The notes beneath the pieces are model-generated. The model was not told the DNA's origin. It saw only the letters and a program-made list of their open reading frames with translations, and did no database searches. Positions 50,957 through 61,903 of a stretch of DNA of 64,000 nucleotides are shown here, one piece after another. Position 1 is the stretch's first letter, and each line of letters begins with the position of its first letter. The translations under genes were made by a program, and so were the position numbers. Source of the DNA: the human T2T-CHM13v2.0 reference genome, Homo sapiens; assembly GCF_009914755.1 (NCBI RefSeq), contig NC_060944.1. The stretch is one strand, 5' to 3'.

Positions 50957-51132
50957 CAGTGGTTCTTAAAGTGTGGTCCTACATCAAAAGCATTAGCATT
51001 ACTTGGAAAGTTGTTAGAAATGCAAAATCTTAGAGCCCATTCTAGACTTAATAAATCAGAAATTCTGGAGTCAGGCCCGGAAATTTTTGCTTTAACAAGC
51101 CCTCCAGGTGATTGTGAGTTGGAGAACCATTG
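50957..51132. mobile_element. MER5A-family element with exact 8-bp TSD
   Basis: cagtggttctt...gagaaccattg; TSD tgctagac at 50949-50956 and 51133-51140. Confidence 0.9.
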
Positions 51133-51140
51133 TGCTAGAC

Positions 51141-51290
51141 TGTGCCAAGGGCTTTTAACACCTTATCTCACTTATTCCACAGAATAACCCACAGTGATAA
51201 GTACCATTGTTGTCTTCATTTTAAGAAAACTGAGACAGAGTGAAGTTGAGTAACTTGCCCAAGGTTCCACAGCTTGTGGCATGAGGCTTA
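51141..51290 (-). mobile_element. MIR
   Basis: gaaaactgagacagag...taacttgcccaaggttccacagct. Confidence 0.7.
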
Positions 51291-51334
51291 GCTAGAGCCT
51301 GTAATGCATTTACTTTGTTGCACATAATACATTT

Positions 51335-51698
51335 TCTTCTTTTTAATTTAACTTTTAATTTATTTTATTTTATTTTTGAGACACAGTTTCACTCTGTTGC
51401 CCAGGCTAGAGTACAGTGGCATGATCTTGGCACACTGCAACTTCTGCATCCTGGGTTCAAGCAATTGTAGGGCCTCAGCCACCCGAGTAGCTGTGATTAC
51501 AGGTGTGCGCCACAACACCCGGATAATTTTTGTATTATTAGTAGAGACAGGGTTTCACCATGTTGTCCAAGCTGGTCTCGAACTCCTGACCTCAAGTGAT
51601 CCGCCTGCCTTGGCTTCCCAAAGTGCTGGGATTATAGGCGTGAGCCGTGCGCCCAGCCTAATTTAACTTTTAAGTTCAGGGATACATGTGCAGGTTTG
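51335..51698 (-). mobile_element. Tiny L1PA 3'-terminal stub carrying an Alu in its tail
   Basis: ttaacttttaagttcagggatacatgtgcaggtttg. Confidence 0.65.
51359..51658 (-). mobile_element. AluS, full length
   Basis: Exact 15-bp TSD taatttaacttttaa (51344-51358, 51659-51673). Confidence 0.97.
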
Positions 51699-52491
51699 AG
51701 AACACAATATATTTCCAGTGAAGTCAATATCTGTGTCTCTGCTTATCCTAACCAATTCTATGAACTACAAAAAAGAAGAGTAGTAAATCCTTTAACAGCC
51801 AATCCCTACCAATATCATGGAATTGCAATTTATTTTTACTCAGCTTCATCTTATGCAGTCTATAACCACAGGCTTGAGGTGGTGACATGCCTTCAAATCC
51901 TGCTTCATCTTCCCTTGAAGTAAAGCCAAAGATGATTTCCTGGGCAGAATGTGGCCAATGAGGTCTGCAGCAGAGAGAACAGGAGTGGGCAGAGGGGGAT
52001 AGGGTGGGACCAGCTGCAAAATACTTCCTGAGTACAGAAAGAAGGGATGAAGGAGAAATGAGGCCAGAAGAGAAAATAAGTTAATAAGCAGAGACCACTA
52101 TTCGATGAAACAAATACTGTGATATCCATTGTACTGACAAACTAAAACCTGGGGAGGTTACATGACACATGCGATACCAGTAACGGGGAAACAGATGATC
52201 TGGGATTTGACATTGGTGTTTCGACTCTTAATCCAGTGCTTATTCTACTATAGCGCAACTGGAGCAACTGAAGATGAAAACCAGCCATATGAGGTTATGA
52301 TGAGACACATGTGGGAACATATGCCCTTCTTGGAGTTCATAAAATTCCAGGAGTTGAATGAACCCACCGAAATTGAATGCAAAGTTATGATGTCGTGGTG
52401 TATGTGTTTATTTTATACTTATATACACATGTGTATGTGTGTATTTGTGTGTATATATGTACACACACAGGTATATACACATATATAAATC

Positions 52492-53328
52492 TGTATTAGT
52501 CAGTGCTCTCCAGAGAAATAGAACCAAGAGGTTCTATATATATATTTTTTGTTTGTTTGTTTGTTTGTTTTGTTTTCTGAAACGGTCTCACTCTGTCACT
52601 CAGGCTGGAGTTCAGTGGCCTGATCTTGGCCTACTGCAGCCTTGACCTTCCAGGCTCAAGCGACCCTCCTGTCTCAGCCTCCTGAGTAGTGCACCACCAT
52701 GCCTGGCTAATTTTTAAATTTTTTCATAGAGATGAGGTCTCACTATGTGGCAGAGTGATAGATCTCATTATGTTGCCCAGTGGGCTTAAGCAATCCTCCT
52801 GCCTTGGCCTCCCAAAGTGTTGGAATTACAGTCATAAGCCACCACACCCAGCCTGTAATGAGATTGACAATAAGGAATTGGCTTATGCAATTATGGAGGC
52901 TGAGAAATCTCATGGTCTGCCATCTGCAAGGTGAAAACCCAGGTTAGCTGATGTGTAGTTCTAGTCTGAGTCTGAAGGCCTGGCAATCAGCAGAACTGAT
53001 GGTGAAAGCTCCAGTCCACGTCCAAAGGCCTTAGAACCAGGTGAGCTGATGGTATGAGTTCCAGTCTAAGTGCTGCAGAAGACTGATATTTGGCTCATAA
53101 ACAGTCGAGTGGAGAGAGTGAATTATCCCTTACTCTGTTTGTTTTTGTGCTATTTGGGCCTCTAATGGATTGGATGAGGCCCACCCACATTGGAGAGGGC
53201 AACTTGCTTTACTCAGAATACTGATTCTCATCCAGAAATATCCTCACAGACATTCCCAGAAATAATGTTTAACCAAATTATCTGGGCACCCTGTGGCCCA
53301 GTCAAGTTAATGCATAAAATTAACTATC
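52492..53328 (-). mobile_element. MLT2 (ERVL) solo LTR split by AluJ
   Basis: tgtattagtcagtgctctccagagaaatagaacca...ggcccagtcaagttaatgcataaaattaactatc. Confidence 0.88.
52545..52853 (-). mobile_element. AluJ with internal deletion/duplication and (TTTG)n tail
   Basis: ctgcagccttgaccttccaggctcaagcg (J diagnostics). Confidence 0.92.
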
Positions 53329-53410
53329 TTTCTCTGTCTAGTGGAGAGAGAGAGAGAAAAAAAAAAGAGAGGGAGAGAATGACTTTCCTATTTCTATTCC
53401 CATATGGGTC

Positions 53411-53451
53411 GTGGTAGATTGCATTATTCCAAAGATGGCCGCTTGCGCGCG

Positions 53452-53494
<43 letters not shown>

Positions 53495-54041
53495 CCCCCT
53501 CCCCCTCCCCCTCCCTTTCTCCCTCCCCCTCCACGCACTCCCCATCTCCCTCTCTGTCCCTTACAATCTAATCAGCAGTCTTCCTACTTAGAGGTGGGGT
53601 TTGTGTTGCTTTTTCCCTAATTTGGACAAGGGTTGATTAAAGCTCCAACAAGCAGATAATGGAGAAAAATGATATCCTGTGGCTTCCACGGCTGGGTCAT
53701 CAAAAGGATACAGCTCCTTTTCTCTGCCTACACACTTGTCCTTGGAAACCAGCCACAGTGCTGCCGGGAAGCTTAAATGAGCCTGTTTGGAGGGACGACA
53801 GGAGAGGGGCTGAGATCTCCCCAGTCGACAGCGAGCATCAACTGCCCCTGTGTGAGTGAGCGTTTGAATGGTCCCAGCCTCCAGCCTTCAAGCCTGAGAC
53901 CCCAGGGATGGTGCAGCAGAATCAAGCCATCCTTGCTGTCCCACTTGGACTCTGACCTACAGAATCTGAGAGCACAATGAATGGCTGTTTTATGCCACTG
54001 AATTTTGAGGTGATTTATTACACAACCCTAATAACAGGAGC
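53411..54041 (+). mobile_element. MLT1 (G/H-like) solo LTR with embedded microsatellite
   Basis: gtggtagattgcatt...ccaaagatggcc; tgttttatgccactgaattttgaggtgatttattacaca. Confidence 0.7.
53445..53532. repeat. (GC)6-(TC)18-C-run compound repeat
   Basis: Direct reading. Confidence 0.95.
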
Positions 54042-55682
54042 ACTACTTCCAATCTTTTTCCCACCCTGTAGTCCAGACGTTCTTTCTAAAATGTTACTGT
54101 GGCCCTTTCATGGCTCAGATCAAGGCTGTTCTGTGGATCCCTATTGGCCACAAGGTAAAGGTTTGTGAAAGGAAGCTCTCTGCCTATTTTCTCAGTCTTG
54201 GAACTTTGACTATATCTGGCCGCAACCACAAAACACCAGTTCAGACCTATGGAGCTGCTTTGGGTTCCCTGAAGCCATTAGTTTCCCAAACCTGTGTCTG
54301 AGCAATAAAACATTTAGTCATGAAGCAGTTTTCACAGGTTTACAGCGAGAAAGGCTGAAAAAGTAGAATTTAATTTTTATGGTAAGATTTTCTTTTAGGT
54401 AAATCTATTAAGTTATTAGAATGGTTTCCATCCCCAACCTTCTTTTTTACTTCCTAAAATTCACATTTTTTTCTAATTTTTTTGGTGCTAAAAATGTCCT
54501 CTCCTTAATGAAATAATGGGACTACCTTGTTTCCTGTCTCTGCTCCTGCTGTTTTTCTGTTAAAGTCCTTACTAGGCAAAATAAAAAGTTGGTCACTAAA
54601 TGCTATTCCCTCAATTAAAAAAAAAAATCCTGTACTTGAAATAAAAGTCTGGGAACCACTGACCCACATAGTGTAGTCTAAACCACTTAGCATGGCATTA
54701 AATCCTTGATGCCATATTAGTTAAATTCTGTTCTAATTGTATGATAATTGGGTCCACCAACAATGTGATTCCACACTATGCCCCTCAGGTAAGTGATGAA
54801 TGTCTGAGAAAATTGGGTGCTTGGTGGAGCATTATTTCTTTGAGAAATATGTCTGAAGGCACAAACCATTGACTTAGGTTAATTTTTAAAACACTGCCTC
54901 CTCTGAAGTTAGGCGTTGCTAGCTCATAAATAATTAATACAAACCATATAGCCACTCAGACATACATGTGTGCATACCTACATCACACATGTCATCACTC
55001 CCACACTCATATTAACTTCATACACCCACACTGATGTTAAAATGCCTGCACACCCAGACAAACATGGCAGCTGGAGAGATACAGAGTTCTGCAAGTGATC
55101 CAGCGAGGTGACTAAGCTAAGCTGTGCTTCCCAGTTCCCATCCATTCCCATGGAGATCCATCAGTCTCCACGTATCTGCTTTCAGGAGCTCTTTTCCCCA
55201 AAGTCCTTGAAATAAATTTGTAGCCTGATATTTGAGAATGGCCAGTCTGAGTTCTACTTACATAACTCACCCATGCCCTTGACATTCCCCCTTGGATTTG
55301 TCCATGCACAGCTGATCCATCCCCTGGACCAGGACAAGGCTACAGCTCAGAGGCCCTCTGGTGGAGAAAATACTTGTATTTTTTTTTTTTCCTGGACTTG
55401 CAGCTATCTGGTCTTGCTTCAGTTAATCAGTTTCCTGCCACCTAGCTGGGATAATAGTTCATCTTGGGTTTGTTGACCTCTGTCTCTTCCAGTTGCCTGG
55501 TGTTTGGTGATTCAAAGGGTGATAAATAAACAGGATTCATAATCATAGCATGCATGATTAGGAACACTTTCTGACCATTTCAATCCAATTTGCATTTAGG
55601 TCTGGTTAACCTGAGGGGCAGGCATGTTAATCTTTACACAATACGGATTGATTACTGACTTCTCAAATTTTTCCTCCTTCAG

Positions 55683-55800
55683 ATGACAAGCCCCAGCAGC
55701 CTGAAATTTGTCAATTTAAGATAGCACCCAAGGAGCACAACAAACCTACTTTAGGAAAAAAAATTAACTTGGAATAAATACATTACTTCCGTGCAGAGCA
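55683..55800 (+). other. Candidate terminal exon
   Basis: TACTGAC 55653-55659, pyrimidine tract, cAG 55682, AATAAA 55773-55778; upstream donor CAG|GTAAGT 54788/54789. Confidence 0.3.
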
Positions 55801-57921
55801 AGAACATAAAGTTATACCCCAGGGACAGGCACCACCTATAACCTACTGCACCCCTGCAATATCTTGGTGCCTCATTAGATTTATTAATGAGGCTGGCACA
55901 TCACTCTACCCAGCCCTATTGTTTAATAGGATCGGTGGACATTGACCAGCACAGATGATAAATTTGAGAGAGGCTCTATCAGCATAAGGTTTGGGACTGG
56001 GGAAGCAGATGGAAATGTTTTCCCTTGACCTCATAATCCTTTATGTGTCTTCCTTGTGATGACATTGTATTATTTAAAGTGCACAGGATCTATAGCACCT
56101 CCTTGGAAATGTCTAGGAATCTGGGGATGAGTCTGTGACCTCCATGGAAAATGTTAGGAATTCTATCCAGATGTGCAGGTTTCTTTGCTCTGGCCCATGC
56201 TTAACCATGGAACTGCAAAAACAGGAAAGCCTTAGAGGTGTTTGTGATATCATAAGGTACTTGCATTTTTCAAGAGCATAACTTGGACTTTACATGCCTC
56301 TAACCCTAACTGGCATCTCTTATGGTGCTTAGCAGGTGCCTACAGAATGTTTATTAAATAGATGGACTTTGGACTGTTCAGGGGCTTGATGAGTTCCTTG
56401 CTATCAGTTGAGCAAAAGTAGTAGAGGATGTTTTATTCCAAGAAGGGGAACCTGGGTGGTCTCTGTGTGTGTGTGTTTCTTTTCTATTTGCTTTTCCCTA
56501 TCATATTGAACTCATTACCTTCATCGGGGCTGTTAGGACAGATTCCTGACTATTCCCCCTCTCCATTGGAGGTCACTTCTCATCTTGCTTCCTTGATTTC
56601 CACAAGAGGAAGTTAACATTATCCTGAGTGTGACTGTCCTGTGGCATTTGGAGCCATTCTTAAAGTACAACACTGGATTATTTCATCACAAGCATTTGCC
56701 AATGATTATAATCGAGGGATCATGACCCCTCAGTCTCTTTTACAATGCCTCTGGAGAGAGATAACATTCAAGGAGGATTGCTTGCTTCAAGGACCTGTAA
56801 TCTACCTCTTCTTCCAAGTATTCCAAATTAAAAAAAAAAAAAAAAGGGAAATAGAGAGCTGAGTACTTGGACATTGTGCTGGTTCCCTTTAGATCTGCTT
56901 CCATGGAATGGTCCTTTGATAGAATATATTGAGGTTCTGATAAGAAACAGATCTATTAAGTTATAGTTAAGTCCATTTTAATGATACTATTAAGTGGTGT
57001 TTATTATAGCATACCTTGTATTCTTTATAAAGACTTCTGGGAGATATTTTTATCTGGTTTCAGTGCCATAAAAGGTTGGCTAATTAGCAAAGAGTAGGAC
57101 CTTTACCTTTATGAGCTTCATAAACTTTCGTAAGCGTTTAGTTTGTGTGTGTGTGTATGTGGGCATGTGCATGTGCTTATTTCAAAAAATTTCCAAAGCA
57201 ATGAAATGAAAGAGATTTTCCCTGAAAGAGGAACTATTATTCATCCTTGAAGGCCTATCTTAACTATATGGCCTTGAGACTTTCTCAGTGGCTGCTAGGG
57301 AGGTAGAAACTTCTGCCTCTGGGCCCCCGGACCACTCTGTTCTTTAAAGTCATCAGTTGCAATGTGCTTGGATTTGTGTGGCCATGGCTGTCAGCCCCAC
57401 TCACCTGGGAGCTTGTAAAAGACAAGACAAGGCCTTCTGGGTAGCCCCCAGAACCTCAAACACGGGAAGGTGCATTGTCACTTAGACATTTTACCTCAGC
57501 CTCTTGATCTTCACTGACTTGTGGACTCTCAAGTATGCTTTGTCTATGTGTAATTTTGTAATAGAGCGTTGGAAGAGAGACTGGCACTTTTGGATAAATT
57601 AATCTCTTAGTGAAGACCTTGTAGTTCTATTTATTCTTTCTAGTGAAATGTGTGTGTGTGTGCGTGCATGCTTGAGAAGGAGAGAGAGAGAGAGAATTTG
57701 ATTTATTAATCAAGACATGCTTCAGTTACTGAATGGGAAGAGGACCAAGAGTCTTTGGGCTTATAAGTTAGATTTGACCCACACATTTACAATGCTTCTG
57801 CTTCAAGAACAAGGTGCTCTTTTATATTCTTTTCTTAATGAATCTGTGACCAGGTCATTCTCATTTTTGGATTTTAGAACAGGTCTATTCGAGATAAAAA
57901 CTGTGCCCCTGAGGTTTGCTT

Positions 57922-58130
57922 TCTGAAACACAGGTGTTTCAGATTTTTTTTTTTTTTTTTTTTTTGCTGATTTGGTTTTAATTCCGTCCTTTCTTTAACC
58001 ACATCTTTTTTCCTTTCTAGGAGCAATACAAAGTTCAGACACGTTCTGAGGTTGAGTTTTGGTGACTTTAGCAGAAAGTCAGAAGAAAGCTGACAATTTC
58101 CTTTTCTTCAGTGATGTGCATGGTTTCCAG
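57922..58130 (+). other. Strong candidate 3' splice site (AG 58019-58020) with further acceptors at 58111 and 58130
   Basis: T22 tract, ~75-nt AG-free zone, tttaac branch motif, tttttcctttctAG|G. Confidence 0.45.
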
Positions 58131-58505
58131 GCCTTTCTCTGGACCTATGATGCACTGCCATGGAGTGGAACTTTAACACCCCTAGACTGTGGAAGCTCAT
58201 CCAGCTTTCAACAGTATCACCTAGAGGCAATGAAAAGCAATCAGAATCACAGACCAACCTCATGCCAAGAGAATCTTCATTCAGTTGTGGTCTGCTTTGT
58301 ACTGCTTGAGCATTTGGGGTTTGAAAAATTAAGGAAAAGAATAGGGGGAAGCCCCAAGATGAAAATACTGGTTTTCTTGCCAATGTTTTAAAAGCAGCTC
58401 AAGACTTAAATTTGAGTTGAAAATTTCTTATAGCAAATGTGACTTTTGGGCTTCTAAAAACAAGTCATCCTGGTTATGCCTGGTTGTTGAAAGTCTGCAT
58501 AATTA

Positions 58506-59091
58506 TGTTATCTTATGGACATGTTTGTATCTCTTCAAAATTCATATGTTGAAGCCCTAACTCAGTGTAACTATATTTGGAGATAGGGACTTAATGAAAT
58601 AACGAAAGTTAAATGAGGTCATAAGAATGGGGCCCTGATTCAATAGGATTAGTGTCCTTTTAAGAAGAGATAAAAGAGAGAGCTTTCCACCCTGTCATCC
58701 CCCTTCCAGCTCCCATGCAGAGCATGCACAACAGAAGAGATCATGGGAGCACAGAGAGAGAGGGTGGCTGTCTACTTGTCAAGAAAAGAGGTCTCAGAAC
58801 TCATCATTTTTTATGGCTGCATAGTATTCCATGGTGTATACGTGCCACATTTTCTTAATCCAGTCTATCATTGTTGGACATTTGGGTTGGTTCCTCACTT
58901 TTGTTGAATTTAATAAATTTGAATTTTAAAATCTAAAAAAAGAAAAGAAAAGAAAATAGGTCTCAGAATGCAACCCACATTGCTGCCATGTTGATACTGG
59001 ACTTCTAGCATCTAGCAATGTGAGCAATACATTTCTGTTGCTTAAGCCATCCAGCCTGTAGTATTTACAGTACCCCATGCTGACTAATACA
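58506..59091 (+). mobile_element. MLT1A-like solo LTR split by an L1-mediated insertion
   Basis: caaaattcatatgttgaagcccta...tttctgttgcttaagccatccag...gctgactaataca. Confidence 0.88.
58797..58949 (+). mobile_element. L1-mediated insertion: inverted young L1PA piece + non-L1 tag + A-rich tail
   Basis: TSD aagaaaa(g/t)aggtctcagaa; antisense L1 58797-58894; AATAAA 58912; tail from 58935. Confidence 0.85.
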
Positions 59092-59129
59092 TTAATCTTA
59101 GTTAGAGAATCTGCTATTTATAGGGCAAT

Positions 59130-59345
59130 AAATGTGTCCAGGCTTGGTAATTAGAGAGACGGGGGTTAAAGTCTTGTCTCTGCCATTTGTTTGCTGTGAA
59201 TTTTAGGTGCATTTTCTTGCTTCTGAGATTGTATTCCATCATATGTAAAATGGAGATTTTAATAAGACCTTCAGTGTAAAGATTAAATGAGATAATAGAT
59301 AAAAATGCAAATATAAATGAGGGACTAGCATAGTTGATAATCTGA
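59130..59345 (+). mobile_element. MIR
   Basis: catcatatgtaaaatggagat...aagattaaatgagataat. Confidence 0.65.
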
Positions 59346-59609
59346 CCAATACCATTTATCGAATGTCTGCCTGAGCATAGTAGTGCTATCAGGTTTATTT
59401 TGATGTGGCCACCTCCCAGACCCTCACCCCCACCCAGAATTGGAGGCAGGAGAATTGAAATGGGAAATATCTTTCTGATTACCCTTTTCCTCACAAATTG
59501 TAACCAAAAGGATTTTCAAAAATTTCCCCTAAATTGTTATGGTACTACCTTAGGGCAACATGCTTTATGGTCTAGCTGGGTTATTATGAAAAATATATTT
59601 AATTTTTTT

Positions 59610-60120
59610 CTCCAGATCCCTGGAGAAAGGAGATGGTACTTTCAAACAGAATAAGAGAACTTTGAAGAGACTTAACAAAGGGACTAGTTCCAAAAGTATG
59701 GTGTGGATTTAAGGAAATAACAAGAGATAGTGCAGTATTCTGAAGTATCCAATGAGGAGCTGTTACCACCCCGGGTCTAAAGGGTCAAGGGGAGGGACCA
59801 GCCACTAGAAGTAGATAGGATAACTGTACGAATAGGGAGGTTTGACTCGAGCTATGACTAGTAGTGGAAGAACACAACCAACTTAGGGGCACCCTGGCCA
59901 TGAGGGAGCTGAGGAAACAAATATTCAACTTCACTCTTCTATCTTCTGATCTCTTCCTGTCCTCTCATTGGCTGAACCCAACCAGAAACCATGGACACTC
60001 TGGTTCATACACTGGTTGATGGACGCCATATGTGTTAGTCCCCTGGGGAATACCCAGCAAACTGGAGACAGTGGACAGTCTCCACTGAAATTGGGAGGTT
60101 AATGCAAGCTATCCAGGACA
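59610..60120 (-). mobile_element. LTR33-like ERVL LTR
   Basis: ggagctgttaccaccccgggtctaaagggtcaagggg...cattggctgaacccaaccagaa. Confidence 0.55.
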
Positions 60121-60221
60121 GGAGTCTTCTCAATACTTCTCAACTTCTCAGTATATATATAGAGAGAGCTCTATATTTGATTTCTCCATATTTGTTTCTT
60201 GATATGTTAAAGGAATATAGA

Positions 60222-60428
60222 ACTATAGTCAATGATAATTGTACATTTAAAAATAACAGAGTGTGATTGGATTGTAACACACAGGATACTTGAGGGGATG
60301 GATGTCCCATTCTTAATGATGTGATTATTACATATTGCATGCCTGTATCAGAACATCTCATGTACCCCATAAATATATACACCTGATGTGAACCCACAAA
60401 CATTAAAAATTACAAAAATTACAAAATA
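60222..60428 (+). mobile_element. L1MA (1-3-like) 3' end
   Basis: cattgcatgcctgtatca-like...catgtaccccataaatatatacacc; TSD taaa(g/a)gaatatagaac. Confidence 0.88.
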
Positions 60429-60542
60429 AAAGAATATAGAACATTTTCTTTGTTTCCCCCAAACAATTCTCAAGTTTAATATTTACCCTGGAGTGATACA
60501 TTTCTACCTTGGAGCAGAAGGCTGCAAGGACACGTGATTTAA

Positions 60543-61043
<501 letters not shown>

Positions 61044-61333
61044 TTAAAGTTTCAGATAATTATATATTTACGTGCAGTTGTGAGAAATAATATAGGAAGA
61101 TCCCATGCATTCTTTACCCAGTTTCCTCAATGATAGCATATTGTCCAACTACAGTATAAATCACCATTGGGATATTGACAAAGGTACAATCCATTTATCT
61201 TATTCATTTTTTTTAGTTTTACTTGTACTTGTGTATATGTGTACTTAGTTCTGTACAATTTTATCACGTGTGTAGGTTTGCATGTCTATCATCATAGTCA
61301 AAATACAGAATAGCTCAATCACTACAATGATTT

Positions 61334-61600
61334 CTTTTTAGTTATTTTAAAATGTACAATTAAGTTATTGACTATAGTCACCCTGTTGTGCAATCATGTA
61401 TGTCTTATTCATTCTTTTTAACATTTTTGTAACCATTAACCATTTCCCCCTCTCCCCTCACCCCCCACTTCCCTTCCCAGCCTCTGGTAACCATCCTTCT
61501 ACTCTCCATGCCCACGAGTAAACTGTTTTGATTTTTAGATCCTACAAATAAGTGAGAACATGTGATGTTTGTCTTTCTGTTAAATGAAATAATCCAGGTA
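61334..61600 (-). mobile_element. L1MA fragment, 3'-truncated, with 20-nt 5' inversion
   Basis: ttttagttattttaaaatgtacaat...tttgtctttctgt then inverted taaatgaaataatccaggta. Confidence 0.8.
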
Positions 61601-61613
61601 CCACAATGATCTT

Positions 61614-61903
61614 TCTTTTTTGTGGGGTGGCGGGGTGGGGTTTCACTGTGTCACCCAACCTGGAGTGCAGTGCCCCATTCTGGGCTCACTGCAACCTCCG
61701 CCTGCTGGGTTCAAGTGATTTTCCAGCCTCAGCCTCCTGAGTAGCTGGGATTATAGGTGCCTGCCACCAGGCCTGGCTAATTTTTGTATTTTTAGTAAAG
61801 ACGGGATTTCGCCATGTTGGCCAGACTGGTTTCTAACTCCTGACCTCAGGTGATCTGCCCACCTCGGCCTCCCAAAGACCTGGGATTACTGGTGTGAGCC
61901 ACC
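61614..61903 (-). mobile_element. AluS, slightly 5'-truncated
   Basis: TSD accacaatgatctt (61600-61613, 61901-61914). Confidence 0.95.

Noticed and set aside
57922-57965. Hairpin plus poly-T resembling an intrinsic terminator
   Set aside because: Primate nuclear DNA, so the bacterial mechanism does not apply; no upstream Pol III gene seen.
58021-58050. 30-nt in-frame microexon EQYKVQTRSE
   Set aside because: GAG|GTTGAG is a poor donor and the peptide is not recognised; kept only as an acceptor candidate.
60063-60087. Overlapping 7-bp inverted repeats; also short tandem duplications near 29536 and 46640
   Set aside because: Too short to separate from chance or routine slippage.
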